Shown here in pieces: positions 31,312-43,817 of a stretch of 50,938 nt of DNA. This DNA is from a virus (Duplodnaviria; Heunggongvirae; Uroviricota; Caudoviricetes). The stretch lies in the IMG/VR virus record IMGVR_UViG_2636415959_000002, one strand, 5' to 3'. The position numbers and the translations under genes were made by a program. Within the stretch, counting starts at the first letter, position 1, and the number at the start of each line of letters is the position of its first letter. The notes under the pieces were generated by a model. It ran no database searches, was not told the origin of the DNA, and was given only the letters and a program-made list of their open reading frames with translations.

Positions 31312-33883
31312 ACCGGTAGGCGATCTGGTCGTTGATTTGAGTCTGGATGCGGCCAGATTTGACGAGCAGATGGCCAGAGTCAGGCGTCATTTTTCCGGTA
31401 CGGAAAGTGATGCGAAAAAAACAGCGGCAGTCGTTGAACAGTCGATGAACCGGCAGGCGCTGGCTGCACAGAAAGCGGGAATTTCCGTCGGGCAGTATAA
31501 AGCCGCCATGCGTATGCTGCCTGCGCAGTTCACTGACGTGGCCACGCAGCTTGCCGGCGGGCAAAGTCCGTGGCTGATCCTGCTGCAACAGGGGGGTCAG
31601 GTGAAGGACTCCTTCGGCGGGATGATCCCCATGTTCCGGGGGCTTGCCGGTGCGATCACCCTGCCGATGGTGGGGGCTACCTCGCTGGCGGTGGCGACCG
31701 GAGCGCTGGCGTATGCCTGGTATCAGGGCAACTCAACCCTGTCCGATTTCAACAAAACGCTGGTCCTTTCCGGCAATCAGGCGGGACTGACGGCAGATCG
31801 TATGCTGGTCCTGTCCAGAGCCGGGCAGGCGGCAGGGCTGACGTTTAACCAGACCAGCGAGTCACTCAGCGCACTGGTTAAGGCGGGGGTAAGCGGTGAG
31901 GCTCAGATTGCGTCCATCAGCCAGAGTGTGGCGCGTTTCTCCTCTGCATCCGGCGTGGAGGTGGACAAGGTCGCTGAAGCCTTCGGGAAGCTGACCACAG
32001 ACCCGACGTCGGGGCTGACGGCGATGGCACGCCAGTTCCATAACGTGACGGCGGAGCAGATTGCGTATGTTGCTCAGTTGCAGCGTTCCGGCGATGAAGC
32101 CGGGGCATTGCAGGCGGCGAACGAGGCCGCAACGAAAGGGTTTGATGACCAGACCCGCCGCCTGAAAGAGAACATGGGCACGCTGGAGACCTGGGCAGAC
32201 AGGACAGCACGGGCATTCAAATCCATGTGGGATTCGGTGCTGGATATTGGTCGCCCGGACACTGCCCAGGGAATGCTGGAGAAAGCAGAAAAGGCTTTTG
32301 ATGAGGCGGACAAAAAATGGCAGTGGTATCAGAGCCGGAGCCACCGGCGCGGTAAAACCTCAGCATTTCTTGCCAATCTCCGGGGAGCATGGGAGGACAG
32401 AGCGAATGCGCAACTTGGGCTTTCAGCCGCCACGTTGCAGGCCGATCTTGAAAAGGCCAGAGAGATGGCAGCAAAGGACTGGGCCGAGTCTGAGGCATCA
32501 CGGCTGAAATATACCGAAGAGGCGCAGAAGGCTTACGAACGCCTGCAGACGCCGCTGGAGAAATATACCGCCCGTCAGGAAGAACTGAACAAGGCACTGA
32601 AGGACGGGAAAATTCTGCAGGCAGATTACAACACGCTGATGGCGGCGGCGAAAAAGGACTATGAAGCGACGCTGAAAAAGCCGAAACAGTCCGGCGTGAA
32701 GGTGTCTGCGGGCGATCGTCAGGAAGACAGTGCTCATGCTGCCCTGCTGACGCTTCAGGCAGAACTCCGGACGCTGGAGAAGCATGCCGGAGCAAATGAG
32801 AAAATCAGCCAGCAGCGCCGGGATTTGTGGAAGGCGGAGAGTCAGTTCGCGGTACTGGAGGAGGCGGCGCAACGTCGCCAGCTGTCTGCACAGGAGAAAT
32901 CCCTGCTGGCGCATAAAGATGAGACGCTGGAGTACAAACGCCAGCTGGCTGCACTTGGCGACAAGGTTACGTATCAGGAGCGCCTGAACGCGCTGGCGCA
33001 GCAGGCGGATAAATTCGCACAGCAGCAACGGGCAAAACGGGCCGCTATTGATGCGAAAAGCCGGGGGCTGACTGACCGGCAGGCAGAACGGGAAGCCACG
33101 GAACAGCGCCTGAAGGAACAGTATGGCGATAATCCTCTGGCGCTGAATAACGTCATGTCAGAGCAGAAAAAGACCTGGGCGGCTGAAGACCTGCTTCGCG
33201 GGAACTGGATGGCAGGCCTCAGGTCCGGCTGGAGCGAGTGGAAAGAGAGTGCCACGGACAGTATGTCGCAGGTTAAAAGTGCAGCCACGCAGACCTTTGA
33301 TGGTATTGCGCAGAATATGGCGGCGATGCTGACCGGCAGTGAACAGAACTGGCGCAGCTTCACCCGCTCCGTGCTGTCCATGATGACAGAAATTCTGCTT
33401 AAGCAGGCAATGGTGGGGATTGTCGGGAGTATCGGCAGCGCCATTGGCGGGGCTGTTGGTGGCGGCGCATCCGCGTCAGGCGGTACAGCCATTCAGGCCG
33501 CTGCGGCGAAATTCCATTTTGCGACCGGGGGATTTACGGGAACCGGCGGCAAATATGAGCCAGCGGGGATTGTTCACCGTGGTGAATTTGTCTTCACGAA
33601 GGAGGCAACCAGCCGGATTGGTGTCGGCAACCTGTACCGCCTGATGCGGGGCTATGCGGAAGGTGGTTATGTGGGCGGTGCCGGAAGTCCGGCGCAGATG
33701 CGGCGGGCTGAAGGCATTAATTTTAATCAGAACAATCACGTGGTGATTCAGAACGACGGTACGAATGGTCTGCCAGGTCCACAGATGATGAAGGCGGTGT
33801 ATGACATGGCCCGCAAGGGTGCCCGTGATGAAATCCAGGCACAGATGCGCGATGGTGGTCTGTTCTCCGGAGGTGGACGATGA
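31304..33883 (+). CDS. H: Tail tape-measure protein H
   Basis: 859 aa, lambda gpH-like; coiled-coil-rich centre and Gly-rich C-terminus. Confidence 0.95.
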   Translation: MAEPVGDLVVDLSLDAARFDEQMARVRRHFSGTESDAKKTAAVVEQSMNRQALAAQKAGISVGQYKAAMRMLPAQFTDVATQLAGGQSPWLILLQQGGQVKDSFGGMIPMFRGLAGAITLPMVGATSLAVATGALAYAWYQGNSTLSDFNKTLVLSGNQAGLTADRMLVLSRAGQAAGLTFNQTSESLSALVKAGVSGEAQIASISQSVARFSSASGVEVDKVAEAFGKLTTDPTSGLTAMARQFHNVTAEQIAYVAQLQRSGDEAGALQAANEAATKGFDDQTRRLKENMGTLETWADRTARAFKSMWDSVLDIGRPDTAQGMLEKAEKAFDEADKKWQWYQSRSHRRGKTSAFLANLRGAWEDRANAQLGLSAATLQADLEKAREMAAKDWAESEASRLKYTEEAQKAYERLQTPLEKYTARQEELNKALKDGKILQADYNTLMAAAKKDYEATLKKPKQSGVKVSAGDRQEDSAHAALLTLQAELRTLEKHAGANEKISQQRRDLWKAESQFAVLEEAAQRRQLSAQEKSLLAHKDETLEYKRQLAALGDKVTYQERLNALAQQADKFAQQQRAKRAAIDAKSRGLTDRQAEREATEQRLKEQYGDNPLALNNVMSEQKKTWAAEDLLRGNWMAGLRSGWSEWKESATDSMSQVKSAATQTFDGIAQNMAAMLTGSEQNWRSFTRSVLSMMTEILLKQAMVGIVGSIGSAIGGAVGGGASASGGTAIQAAAAKFHFATGGFTGTGGKYEPAGIVHRGEFVFTKEATSRIGVGNLYRLMRGYAEGGYVGGAGSPAQMRRAEGINFNQNNHVVIQNDGTNGLPGPQMMKAVYDMARKGARDEIQAQMRDGGLFSGGGR

Positions 33884-34209
33884 AAACCTTCCGCTGGAAA
33901 GTGAAACCCGGTATGGATGTGGCTTCGGCCCCTTCTGTAAGAAAGGTGCGCTTTGGTGATGGCTATTCCCAGCGAGCGCCTGCCGGGCTGAATGCCAACC
34001 TGAAAACGTACAGCGTGACGCTTTCTGTCCCCCGTGAGGAGGCCACGGTACTGGAGTCGTTTCTGGAAGAGCACGGGGGCTGGAAAGCCTTTCTGTGGAC
34101 GCCGCCTTATGAGTGGCGGCAGATAAAGGTGACCTGCGCAAAATGGTCGTCGCGGGTCAGTATGCTGCGTGTTGAGTTCAGCGCAGAGTTTGAACAGGTG
34201 GTGAACTGA
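33880..34209 (+). CDS. M: Tail tip protein M
   Basis: 109 aa, lambda gpM-like. Confidence 0.9.
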   Translation: MKTFRWKVKPGMDVASAPSVRKVRFGDGYSQRAPAGLNANLKTYSVTLSVPREEATVLESFLEEHGGWKAFLWTPPYEWRQIKVTCAKWSSRVSMLRVEFSAEFEQVVN

Positions 34210-34907
34210 TGCAGGATATCCGGCAGGAAACACTGAATGAATGCACCCGTGCGGAGCAGTCGGGCAGCGTGGTGCTCTGGGAAATCGACCTGACAGAGGT
34301 CGGTGGAGAACGTTATTTTTTCTGTAATGAGCAGAACGAAAAAGGTGAGCCGGTCACCTGGCAGGGGCGACAGTATCAGCCGTATCCCATTCAGGGGAGT
34401 GGTTTGGAACTGAATGGCAAAGGCACCAGTACGCGCCCCACGCTGACGGTTTCTAACCTGTACGGTATGGTCACCGAGATGGCGGAAGATCTGCAGAGTC
34501 TGGTCGGCGGAACGGTGGTCCGGCGTAAGGTTTACGCCCGTTTTCTGGATGCGGTGAACTTCGTCAACGGAAACAGCGACGCCGATCCGGAGCAGGAGGT
34601 GATCAGCCGCTGGCGCATCGAGCAGTGCAGCGAACTGAGCGCGGTCAGTGCTTCCTTTGTGCTCTCCACACCGACGGAAACGGATGGTGCCGTTTTTCCG
34701 GGCCGCATCATGCTGGCTAATACCTGCACCTGGACCTATCGCGGTGATGAGTGCGGTTATCACGGTCCGGCTGTCGCGGATGAATATGACCAGCCGACGT
34801 CCGATATCACGAAGGATAAATGCAGCAAATGCCTGAGCGGTTGTAAGTTTCGCAATAACGTCGGCAACTTTGGCGGCTTCCTTTCCATTAACAAACTTTC
34901 GCAGTAA
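34209..34907 (+). CDS. L: Tail tip protein L
   Basis: 232 aa, lambda gpL-like with C-terminal Cys cluster. Confidence 0.9.
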   Translation: MQDIRQETLNECTRAEQSGSVVLWEIDLTEVGGERYFFCNEQNEKGEPVTWQGRQYQPYPIQGSGLELNGKGTSTRPTLTVSNLYGMVTEMAEDLQSLVGGTVVRRKVYARFLDAVNFVNGNSDADPEQEVISRWRIEQCSELSAVSASFVLSTPTETDGAVFPGRIMLANTCTWTYRGDECGYHGPAVADEYDQPTSDITKDKCSKCLSGCKFRNNVGNFGGFLSINKLSQ

Positions 34908-34912
34908 ATCCC

Positions 34913-35656
34913 ATGACAGAGACAGAATCAGCGATTCTGGCGCACGCCCGGCGATGTGCGCCAGCGGAGTCGTGCGGCTTCGTGGTAAGCACGCCGGAAG
35001 GGGAAAGATATTTTCCCTGCGTGAATATCTCCGGTGAGCCGGAGGCGTATTTCCGGATGGCTCCGGAGGACTGGCTGCGGGCAGAAATGCAGGGTGAGAT
35101 TGTGGCGCTGGTCCACAGTCACCCCGGTGCTCTGCCCTGGCTGAGTGAGGCCGACCGGCGGCTGCAGGTGCAGAGTGATTTGCCGTGGTGGCTGGTCTGC
35201 CGGGGGGCGATTCACAAGTTCCGCTGTGTGCCACATCTTACCGGGCGGCGCTTTGAGCACGGGGTGACGGACTGTTACACGCTGTTCCGGGATGCTTACC
35301 ATCTGGCGGGAATTGAGATGCCTGATTTTCATCGTGAGGATGACTGGTGGCGTCACGGTCAGAATCTCTATCTGGATAATCTGGAGGCCACAGGGCTGTA
35401 TCAGGTGCCGTTGTCAGCGGCGCAGCCGGGCGATGTGCTGCTGTGCTGTTTTGGTTCATCGGTGCCGAATCATGCCGCCATTTACTGCGGCGACGGCGAG
35501 CTGTTGCACCATATTCCTGAACAACTGAGCAAACGAGAGAGGTACACCGACAAATGGCAGCGACGCACACACTCCCTCTGGCGTCACCGGGCATGGCACG
35601 CATCTGCCTTTACGGGGATTTACAACGATTTGGCCGCCGCATCGACCTTCGTGTGA
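34913..35656 (+). CDS. K: Tail tip assembly protein K (NlpC/P60-JAB-like)
   Basis: 247-aa ORF, lambda gpK-like; overlaps the start of I. Confidence 0.85.
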   Translation: MTETESAILAHARRCAPAESCGFVVSTPEGERYFPCVNISGEPEAYFRMAPEDWLRAEMQGEIVALVHSHPGALPWLSEADRRLQVQSDLPWWLVCRGAIHKFRCVPHLTGRRFEHGVTDCYTLFRDAYHLAGIEMPDFHREDDWWRHGQNLYLDNLEATGLYQVPLSAAQPGDVLLCCFGSSVPNHAAIYCGDGELLHHIPEQLSKRERYTDKWQRRTHSLWRHRAWHASAFTGIYNDLAAASTFV

Positions 35657-36195
35657 AAACGGGGGCCGAAGCCATCCGGGCGCTGGCCACGCAGCTTCCG
35701 TCGTTTCGCCAGAAACTGAATGAGGGCTGGTATCAGGTGCGCATTGCCGGGCGTGATGCAGGCGAAAATGAATTATCAGCCCGTCTTAATGAACCGCTGG
35801 CAAATGGTGCTGTGATCCATATCGTGCCGCGTCTGGCAGGAGCCAAAAGTGGCGGTGTGTTTCAGGCTGTGCTGGGGGCGGCTGTTATGGCGGTTGCTAT
35901 ATGGATGCCGGGGGTAGGAATTATGGCGAGTAATCTGCTGTTTTCTCTCGGTGCCAGTATGGTGCTCGGTGGTGTGGCGCAGATGCTGGCACCGAAAGCC
36001 AGAACTCCCCGCACACAGACAACGGATAACGGCAAACAGAACACCTATTTTTCTTCACTGGATAATATGGTTGCCCAGGGCAATGTCCTGCCCGTTCTGT
36101 ACGGTGAAATGCGTGTGGGGTCGCGGGTGGTATCTCAGGAGATCAGCACAGCAGATGAAGGGGATGGTGGTCAGGTTGTGGTGATTGGTCGCTGA
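35554..36195 (+). CDS. I: Tail tip assembly protein I
   Basis: 213-aa ORF, lambda gpI-like with C-terminal hydrophobic segment. Confidence 0.85.
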   Translation: MAATHTLPLASPGMARICLYGDLQRFGRRIDLRVKTGAEAIRALATQLPSFRQKLNEGWYQVRIAGRDAGENELSARLNEPLANGAVIHIVPRLAGAKSGGVFQAVLGAAVMAVAIWMPGVGIMASNLLFSLGASMVLGGVAQMLAPKARTPRTQTTDNGKQNTYFSSLDNMVAQGNVLPVLYGEMRVGSRVVSQEISTADEGDGGQVVVIGR

Positions 36196-36255
36196 TGCAA
36201 AATGTTTTATGTGAAACCGCCTGCGGGCGGTTTTGTCGTTTATGGAGCGTGAGGA

Positions 36256-39200
36256 ATGGGTAAAGGAAGCAGTAAGGGGCATACTCCGCGCGAAGCGAAG
36301 GACAACCTGAAGACCACGCAGTTGCTGAGTGTGATCGATGCCATCAGCGAAGGGCCGATTGAAGGTCCGGTGGAGGGATTAAAAAGCGTGCTGCTGAACA
36401 GTACGCCGGTGCTGGACAGTGAGGGGAATACCAATATCTCCGGCGTCACGGTGGTGTTCCGGGCCGGTGAGCAGGAGCAGACTCCGCCGGAGGGATTTGA
36501 ATCCTCCGGCTCCGAGACGGTGTTGGGTACGGAAGTGAAATACGACACGCCGATCACCCGCGCCATCACGTCGGCAAACATCGACCGACTGCGCTTTACC
36601 TTCGGTGTGCAGGCACTGGTGGAAACCACCTCAAAGGGGGACCGGAATCCGTCGGAAGTTCGCCTGCTGGTTCAGATACAGCGTAATGGTGGCTGGGTGA
36701 CGGAAAAAGACATCACCATTAAGGGCAAAACCACCTCGCAGTATCTGGCCTCGGTGGTGGTGGATAACCTGCCGCCGCGCCCGTTTAATATCCGGATGCG
36801 CAGAATGACGCCGGACAGTACCACAGACCAGCTGCAGAACAAAACGCTCTGGTCGTCATACACCGAAATCATCGATGTGAAACAGTGCTACCCGAACACG
36901 GCACTGGTCGGCGTACAGGTGGATTCGGAGCAGTTCGGCAGCCAGCAGGTGAGCCGTAATTATCATCTGCGCGGGCGTATTCTGCAGGTGCCGTCGAATT
37001 ATAACCCGCAGACGCGGCAATACAGCGGTATCTGGGACGGAACGTTTAAACCGGCATACAGCAACAACATGGCCTGGTGTCTGTGGGATATGCTGACCCA
37101 CCCGCGCTACGGCATGGGGAAACGTCTTGGTGCGGCAGATGTGGATAAATGGGCGCTGTATGTCATCGGCCAGTACTGCGACCAGTCGGTGCCGGACGGC
37201 TTTGGCAGCACGGAGCCGCGCATCACCTGTAATGCCTGGCTGACCACACAGCGCAAGGCGTGGGATGTGCTCAGTGATTTCTGCTCGGCGATGCGCTGTA
37301 TGCCGGTATGGAACGGGCAGACGCTGACGTTCGTGCAGGACCGACCGTCGGATAAGGTGTGGACCTATAACCGCAGTAATGTGGTGATGCCGGATGATGG
37401 CGCGCCGTTCCGCTACAGCTTCAGCGCCCTGAAGGACCGCCATAATGCCGTTGAGGTGAACTGGATTGACCCGGATAACGGCTGGGAGACGGCGACAGAG
37501 CTTGTGGAGGACACGCAGGCCATTGCCCGTTACGGTCGTAATGTCACGAAGATGGATGCCTTTGGCTGTACCAGCCGGGGGCAGGCACACCGAGCCGGGC
37601 TGTGGCTGATTAAAACGGAGCTGCTGGAAACGCAGACCGTGGATTTCAGCGTCGGCGCAGAAGGGCTTCGCCATGTACCGGGCGATGTTATTGAAATCTG
37701 TGATGATGACTATGCCGGTATCAGCACCGGTGGTCGTGTGCTGGCGGTGAACAGCCTGACCCGGACGCTGACGCTTGACCGTGAAATCACGCTGCCATCC
37801 TCCGGTACCACGCTGATAAGCCTGGTTGACGGAAGTGGCAATCCGGTCAGCGTGGAGGTTCAGTCCGTCACCGACGGCGTGAAGGTGAAAGTGAGCCGTG
37901 TTCCTGACGGTGTTGCTGAATACAGCGTATGGGGGCTGAAGCTGCCGAGGCTGCGCCAGCGACTGTTCCGCTGCGTGAGTATCCGTGAGAACGACGACGG
38001 CACGTATGCCATCACCGCCGTGCAGCATGTGCCGGAAAAAGAGGTCATCGTGGATAACGGGGCGCACTTTGACGGCGAACAGAGTGGCACGGTGAACGGT
38101 GTCACGCCGCCAGCGGTGCAGCACCTGACCGCAGAAGTCACTGCAGACAGCGGGGAATACCAGGTGCTGGCCCGCTGGGACACGCCGAAGGTGGTGAAGG
38201 GCGTGAGCTTCCTGCTTCGCCTGACCGTGGCAGCGGATGACGGCAGTGAGCGGCTGGTCAGCACGGCCCGGACGACGGAAACCACTTACCGCTTCACACA
38301 ACTGGCTCTGGGGAACTACAGGCTGACAGTCCGGGCGGTAAATGCGTGGGGGCAGCAGGGCGATCCGGCGTCGGTATCGTTCCGGATTGCCGCACCGGCA
38401 GCGCCGTCGCGGATTGAGCTGACGCCGGGCTATTTTCAGATAACCGCCACGCCGCATCTTGCGGTTTATGATCCGACGGTACAGTTTGAGTTCTGGTTCT
38501 CGGAAAAGCGGATTGCGGATATCAGGCAGGTTGAAACCACAGCACGCTATCTTGGCAAGGCGCTGTACTGGATAGCCGCCAGTATCAATATCAGGCCGGG
38601 CCATAATTATTATTTTTACGTTCGCAGTGTGAACACCGTTGGCAAATCGGCATTCGTGGAGGCTGTTGGTCAGCCGAGTGATGACGCATCCGGCTATCTG
38701 GATTTTTTCAAAGGCGAGATAGGGAAAACCCATCTGGCTCAGGAGCTGTGGACGCAGATTGATAACGGTCAGCTTGCGCCTGACCTGGCTGAAATCAGGA
38801 CATCCATTACGGATGTCAGCAATGAAATCACACAGACCGTCAATAAGAAACTGGAAGACCAGAGTGCAGCGATCCAGCAGATACAGAAGGTTCAGGTTGA
38901 TACAAATAATAATCTGAACAGCATGTGGGCTGTGAAGCTGCAGCAGATGCAGGACGGACGCCTTTATATTGCGGGTATCGGTGCCGGTATTGAGAACACC
39001 CCCGACGGCATGCAGAGTCAGGTGCTGCTGGCGGCAGACAGGATTGCGATGATTAATCCTGCAAATGGCAACACAAAACCGATGTTTGTTGGTCAGGGTG
39101 ATCAGATATTCATGAATGAAGTGTTCCTGAAATATCTGACGGCTCCCACCATTACCAGCGGCGGTAATCCTCCTGCATTTTCCCTGACACCGGACGGAAA

Positions 39201-39735
39201 GCTGACCGCTAAAAATGCAGATATCAGTGGCAGTGTGAATGCGAACGCCGGGACGCTCAACAACGTTACGATAAATGAAAACTGTCAGATTAAAGGGAAA
39301 CTGTCAGCCAACCAGATTGAAGGCGATATTGTCAAAACAGTGGGTAAGGCTTTCCCGCGGGACTCCCGGGCACCGGAGCGGTGGCCATCAGGGACCATTA
39401 CCGTCAGGATTTATGACGATCAGCCGTTTGACCGGCAGATTGTTATTCCGGCGGTGGCATTCAGCGGTGCTAAACATGAGAGAGAGCATACTGATATTTA
39501 CTCCTCATGCCGCCTGATAGTGAAGAAAAATGGTGCTGAAATTTATAACCGTACCGCGCTGGATAATACGCTGATTTACAGTGGTGTTATTGATATGCCA
39601 GCTGGTCACGGCCACATGACGCTGGAGTTTTCGGTGTCAGCATGGCTGGTAAATGACTGGTATCCCACAGCAAGTATCAGCGATTTGCTGGTTGTGGTGA
39701 TGAAGAAAGCCACCGCAGGCATCAGTATCAGCTGA
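36256..39735 (+). CDS. J: Central tail fibre/host-specificity protein J
   Basis: 1159 aa, lambda gpJ-like (fibronectin-III-like repeats, C-terminal receptor-binding region). Confidence 0.95.
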   Translation: MGKGSSKGHTPREAKDNLKTTQLLSVIDAISEGPIEGPVEGLKSVLLNSTPVLDSEGNTNISGVTVVFRAGEQEQTPPEGFESSGSETVLGTEVKYDTPITRAITSANIDRLRFTFGVQALVETTSKGDRNPSEVRLLVQIQRNGGWVTEKDITIKGKTTSQYLASVVVDNLPPRPFNIRMRRMTPDSTTDQLQNKTLWSSYTEIIDVKQCYPNTALVGVQVDSEQFGSQQVSRNYHLRGRILQVPSNYNPQTRQYSGIWDGTFKPAYSNNMAWCLWDMLTHPRYGMGKRLGAADVDKWALYVIGQYCDQSVPDGFGSTEPRITCNAWLTTQRKAWDVLSDFCSAMRCMPVWNGQTLTFVQDRPSDKVWTYNRSNVVMPDDGAPFRYSFSALKDRHNAVEVNWIDPDNGWETATELVEDTQAIARYGRNVTKMDAFGCTSRGQAHRAGLWLIKTELLETQTVDFSVGAEGLRHVPGDVIEICDDDYAGISTGGRVLAVNSLTRTLTLDREITLPSSGTTLISLVDGSGNPVSVEVQSVTDGVKVKVSRVPDGVAEYSVWGLKLPRLRQRLFRCVSIRENDDGTYAITAVQHVPEKEVIVDNGAHFDGEQSGTVNGVTPPAVQHLTAEVTADSGEYQVLARWDTPKVVKGVSFLLRLTVAADDGSERLVSTARTTETTYRFTQLALGNYRLTVRAVNAWGQQGDPASVSFRIAAPAAPSRIELTPGYFQITATPHLAVYDPTVQFEFWFSEKRIADIRQVETTARYLGKALYWIAASINIRPGHNYYFYVRSVNTVGKSAFVEAVGQPSDDASGYLDFFKGEIGKTHLAQELWTQIDNGQLAPDLAEIRTSITDVSNEITQTVNKKLEDQSAAIQQIQKVQVDTNNNLNSMWAVKLQQMQDGRLYIAGIGAGIENTPDGMQSQVLLAADRIAMINPANGNTKPMFVGQGDQIFMNEVFLKYLTAPTITSGGNPPAFSLTPDGKLTAKNADISGSVNANAGTLNNVTINENCQIKGKLSANQIEGDIVKTVGKAFPRDSRAPERWPSGTITVRIYDDQPFDRQIVIPAVAFSGAKHEREHTDIYSSCRLIVKKNGAEIYNRTALDNTLIYSGVIDMPAGHGHMTLEFSVSAWLVNDWYPTASISDLLVVVMKKATAGISIS

Positions 39736-39753
39736 ATTTTATAACCCATATAC

Positions 39754-39780
39754 GGGCGCCAGAAATGGCGCCTTTTTTAT
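39754..39780 (+). terminator. Rho-independent terminator after J
   Basis: gggcgcc-agaaat-ggcgcc followed by tttttt. Confidence 0.6.
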
Positions 39781-39802
39781 TGCAGAAAAGCGAGAGGTAA
39801 TT

Positions 39803-40402
39803 ATGCGTAAAGTTTGTGCAGCCATTTTGTCCACAGCCATCTGTCTGGCCGTATCCGGTGCGCCTGCATGGGCGTCTGAGCAGCAGGCCACACTGAGCGC
39901 AGGGTATCTTAATGCCCGTACGAACGCTCCCGGCAGCGATAATCTGAACGGGATTAACGTGAAATACCGTTATGAGTTTACGGACACGCTGGGGCTGATT
40001 ACGTCATTCAGTTATGCCAACGCTGAAGATGAGCAAAAAACGCATTACAGCGATACCCGCTGGCATGAAGATTCCGTGCGTAACCGCTGGTTCAGCGTAA
40101 TGGCGGGGCCGTCTGTGCGCGTGAATGAATGGTTCAGCGTGTATGCGATGGCGGGTGTGGCTTACAGCCGTGTGTCGACTTTCTTCGGGGATTATCTCCG
40201 CGTAACTGACAACAAGGGGAAAACGCACGATGTGCTGACCGGAAGTGATGACGGTCGCCACAGCAACACGTCTCTGGCGTGGGGGGCTGGCGTGCAGTTT
40301 AACCCGACCGAATCCGTGGCCATTGATATTGCTTATGAAGGCTCCGGCAGTGGTGACTGGCGCACTGACGGTTTCATCGTGGGTGTCGGTTATAAATTCT
40401 GA
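39803..40402 (+). CDS. lom: Lom-family outer-membrane beta-barrel protein
   Basis: 199 aa with signal peptide ([24 protein letters not shown]) and C-terminal ...[10 protein letters not shown], as in lambda Lom. Confidence 0.85.
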   Translation: MRKVCAAILSTAICLAVSGAPAWASEQQATLSAGYLNARTNAPGSDNLNGINVKYRYEFTDTLGLITSFSYANAEDEQKTHYSDTRWHEDSVRNRWFSVMAGPSVRVNEWFSVYAMAGVAYSRVSTFFGDYLRVTDNKGKTHDVLTGSDDGRHSNTSLAWGAGVQFNPTESVAIDIAYEGSGSGDWRTDGFIVGVGYKF

Positions 40403-40429
40403 TTAGCCAGGTAACACAGTGTTATGACA

Positions 40430-40456
40430 GCCCGCCGGTTCAGGCGGGCTTTTTTG
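40430..40456 (+). terminator. Rho-independent terminator after lom
   Basis: gcccgcc-ggttcag-gcgggc followed by tttttt. Confidence 0.6.
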
Positions 40457-40460
40457 TGGG

Positions 40461-43400
40461 GTGAATATGGCAGTAAAGATTTCAGGTGTACTGAAAGACG
40501 GCACAGGAAAACCGGTACAGAACTGCACAATCCAGCTGAAAGCAAAACGTAACAGCACCACGGTGGTGGTGAACACGGTGGCCTCAGAAAATCCGGATGA
40601 AGCCGGGCGTTACAGCATGGACGTTGAGTACGGTCAGTACAGCGTTATTCTGTTGGTGGAAGGATTCCCGCCGTCACATGCCGGGACCATCACCGTGTAT
40701 GAAGACTCCCGACCCGGTACGCTGAATGATTTTCTCGGTGCCATGACGGAGGATGATGCCCGGCCAGAGGCACTGCGCCGTTTTGAGCTGATGGTGGAAG
40801 AGGTGGCGCGTAACGCGTCCGCGGTGGCACAGAACACGGCAGCCGCGAAGAAGTCAGCCGGCGATGCCGGCACATCAGCCCGTGAGGCGGCAACCCATGC
40901 GACTGATGCTGCAGGCTCAGCACGCGCAGCCAGCACGTCAGCCGGACAGGCCGCGTCGTCGGCTCAGTCAGCGTCTTCCAGCGCAGGAACGGCATCAACA
41001 AAGGCCAGTGAAGCATCGAAAAGTGCTGCTGCTGCAGAGTCCTCAAAAAGCGCGGCAGCTACCAGTGCCAGTGCCGCGAAAACGTCAGAAACGAATGCCG
41101 CAGCGTCACAACAATCAGCAGCCACTTCTGCATCCACCGCGACCACGAAAGCGTCAGAAGCTGCCACCTCAGCCCGGGATGCGGCGGCCTCAAAAGAGGC
41201 AGCGAAATCATCAGAAACGAACGCATCCTCGAGCGCCAGTAGCGCAACTTCCTCGGCAACGGCGGCAGGAAATTCCGCGAAGGCGGCAAAAACGTCCGAG
41301 ACGAACGCTAAGTCTTCTGAGACGGCAGCGGGACAGAGCGCCTCAGCTGCGGCAGGCTCAAAAACAGCGGCTGCATCATCTGCCAGCGCCGCGTCAACAA
41401 GTGCCGGGCAGGCCTCAGCCAGTGCCACCGCCGCCGGAAAATCGGCAGAAAGCGCCGCATCATCCGCTTCAACAGCCACAACGAAGGCTGGCGAAGCCAC
41501 TGAACAGGCCAGCGCAGCAGCGAGTTCTGCTTCCGCAGCGAAGACATCCGAAACGAACGCGAAAGCGTCGGAAACCAGCGCAGAATCCTCAAAAACGGCT
41601 GCCGCATCGTCAGCCAGTTCGGCGGCGTCATCGGCATCATCGGCGTCTGCTTCAAAAGATGAGGCGACCAGACAGGCGTCAGCAGCGAAGGGCAGCGCCA
41701 CGACAGCATCCACGAAGGCGACAGAGGCAGCTGGCAGTGCGACGGCGGCAGCACAGAGCAAAAGTACGGCGGAATCCGCGGCAACGCGCGCCGAGACAGC
41801 GGCAAAACGGGCAGAGGATATTGCATCCGCCGTGGCGCTTGAGGATGCGAGCACGACGAAAAAGGGGATAGTACAGCTCAGCAGTGCGACCAACAGTACG
41901 TCTGAAACGCTGGCGGCAACGCCAAAGGCAGTAAAATCAGCCTATGACAATGCAGAGAAACGTCTGCAGAAAGACCAGAACGGCGCTGATATACCCGATA
42001 AGGGACGCTTCCTGAACAACATTAACGCGGTCAGTAAAACAGACTTTGCTGATAAGCGTGGTATGCGTTATGTGCGGGTTAACGCTCCTGCAGGTGCAAC
42101 ATCTGGAAAATATTACCCTGTTGTTGTTATGCGTTCTGCTGGCTCAGTAAGCGAACTGGCATCAAGGGTCATTATCACCACGGCAACGCGAACCGCAGGC
42201 GATCCGATGAATAACTGCGAGTTTAACGGATTTGTTATGCCTGGTGGCTGGACTGACAGGGGGCGTTATGCTTATGGAATGTTCTGGCAATATCAAAACA
42301 ATGAACGAGCCATCCACTCAATAATGATGAGTAATAAGGGCGATGATTTGCGCTCTGTGTTCTATGTTGATGGCGCTGCTTTCCCTGTTTTTGCGTTTAT
42401 CGAAGATGGCCTGTCAATATCCGCACCTGGTGCTGATCTCGTTGTTAATGATACGACCTATAAGTTTGGGGCAACAAATCCAGCGACTGAATGTATCGCG
42501 GCGGACGTTATCCTTGATTTTAAGAGTGGGCGTGGTTTTTATGAGTCTCATTCGTTAATCGTTAACGATAATTTGTCGTGCAAAAAACTTTTTGCCACAG
42601 ACGAAATTGTAGCGCGTGGTGGTAATCAGATTCGAATGATAGGTGGGGAGTATGGTGCATTATGGCGTAATGATGGCGCTAAAACTTACCTGCTGCTTAC
42701 CAATCAAGGTGATGTTTATGGTGGCTGGAATACATTAAGACCGTTTGCTATTGATAACGCAACCGGCGAACTGGTTATTGGAACCAAACTGTCCGCAAGT
42801 CTGAACGGTAATGCATTAACAGCAACAAAGCTGCAAACGCCAAGACTGGTTTCTGGTGTTGAGTTTGATGGTTCCAGAGATATTACTTTAACCGCCGCGC
42901 ATGTGGCTGCTTTTGCCAGAAGGGCAACGGATACATATGCCGATGCGGATGGTGGCGTTCCCTGGAATGCCGAATCAGGTGCTTACAATGTCACCCGCTC
43001 TGGCGACAGCTATATTCTGGTTAACTTCTATACCGGAGTCGGAAGTTGCCGGACCTTGCAGATGAAGGCGCATTACAGAAATGTTGGTCTGTTCTACCGT
43101 TCTTCAAGAGACGGTTATGGTTTTGAGGAAGACTGGGCAGAAGTTTATACCTCGAAAAATCTTCCACCAGAAAGCTACCCAGTCGGCGCACCAATCCCGT
43201 GGCCATCAGATACCGTTCCGTCTGGTTATGCCCTGATGCAGGGGCAGACTTTTGACAAATCTGCTTACCCGAAACTTGCAGCCGCTTATCCGTCAGGCGT
43301 GATCCCTGATATGCGTGGCTGGACGATTAAGGGCAAACCTGCCAGTGGTCGGGCCGTATTGTCTCAGGAACAGGACGGCATTAAATCGCATACCCACAGC

Positions 43401-43817
43401 GCCAGCGCATCCAGTACGGATTTGGGGACGAAAACCACATCGTCGTTTGATTACGGCACTAAATCCACGAATAACACCGGGGCGCATACCCATAGTGTTA
43501 GCGGTACGGCTGCTTCAGCCGGTGCACATACCCATTCGATGACATTTGTTTCAGGTGGTTCCAGTGGTGCTCCGGGAAGTGGAGCATCTGATTATTCTAA
43601 ATACAGTGTTAACACTTCTTCTGCAGGCGCTCATACGCACTCTGTATCGGGTACTGCTGCAAGCGCAGGTGCACACGCACATACTGTGGGTATTGGTGCT
43701 CATACGCACTCCGTTGCGATTGGTTCACATGGACACACCATCACCGTTAACGCTGCTGGTAACGCGGAAAACACCGTCAAAAACATCGCATTTAACTATA
43801 TTGTGAGGCTTGCATAA
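40461..43817 (+). CDS. stf: Side tail fibre protein (Stf) with Ala/Ser-rich repeats and His-containing C-terminal repeats
   Basis: 1118 aa; conserved lambdoid Stf N-terminus ([26 protein letters not shown]...); long [11 protein letters not shown] repeat region; C-terminal GAHTHS-type repeats. Confidence 0.9.
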   Translation: MNMAVKISGVLKDGTGKPVQNCTIQLKAKRNSTTVVVNTVASENPDEAGRYSMDVEYGQYSVILLVEGFPPSHAGTITVYEDSRPGTLNDFLGAMTEDDARPEALRRFELMVEEVARNASAVAQNTAAAKKSAGDAGTSAREAATHATDAAGSARAASTSAGQAASSAQSASSSAGTASTKASEASKSAAAAESSKSAAATSASAAKTSETNAAASQQSAATSASTATTKASEAATSARDAAASKEAAKSSETNASSSASSATSSATAAGNSAKAAKTSETNAKSSETAAGQSASAAAGSKTAAASSASAASTSAGQASASATAAGKSAESAASSASTATTKAGEATEQASAAASSASAAKTSETNAKASETSAESSKTAAASSASSAASSASSASASKDEATRQASAAKGSATTASTKATEAAGSATAAAQSKSTAESAATRAETAAKRAEDIASAVALEDASTTKKGIVQLSSATNSTSETLAATPKAVKSAYDNAEKRLQKDQNGADIPDKGRFLNNINAVSKTDFADKRGMRYVRVNAPAGATSGKYYPVVVMRSAGSVSELASRVIITTATRTAGDPMNNCEFNGFVMPGGWTDRGRYAYGMFWQYQNNERAIHSIMMSNKGDDLRSVFYVDGAAFPVFAFIEDGLSISAPGADLVVNDTTYKFGATNPATECIAADVILDFKSGRGFYESHSLIVNDNLSCKKLFATDEIVARGGNQIRMIGGEYGALWRNDGAKTYLLLTNQGDVYGGWNTLRPFAIDNATGELVIGTKLSASLNGNALTATKLQTPRLVSGVEFDGSRDITLTAAHVAAFARRATDTYADADGGVPWNAESGAYNVTRSGDSYILVNFYTGVGSCRTLQMKAHYRNVGLFYRSSRDGYGFEEDWAEVYTSKNLPPESYPVGAPIPWPSDTVPSGYALMQGQTFDKSAYPKLAAAYPSGVIPDMRGWTIKGKPASGRAVLSQEQDGIKSHTHSASASSTDLGTKTTSSFDYGTKSTNNTGAHTHSVSGTAASAGAHTHSMTFVSGGSSGAPGSGASDYSKYSVNTSSAGAHTHSVSGTAASAGAHAHTVGIGAHTHSVAIGSHGHTITVNAAGNAENTVKNIAFNYIVRLA

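Noticed and set aside
31862-38733. Long minus-strand ORFs within the tail genes (for example 32498..33028, 33476..34141, 34107..35234, 36856..38733 of 625 aa)
   Set aside because: The plus strand encodes recognisable lambda-like H, M, L, K, I and J proteins across these spans; the minus ORFs are Arg/Pro/His-rich antisense readings of GC-rich coding DNA.
40634-41893. ORFs 40864..41871 (plus, Arg/Pro/Gln-rich) and 40964..41893 (minus, Ala-rich) inside stf
   Set aside because: Alternative-frame readings of the Ala/Ser-rich repeat-coding segment of stf; open only because of the repeats.
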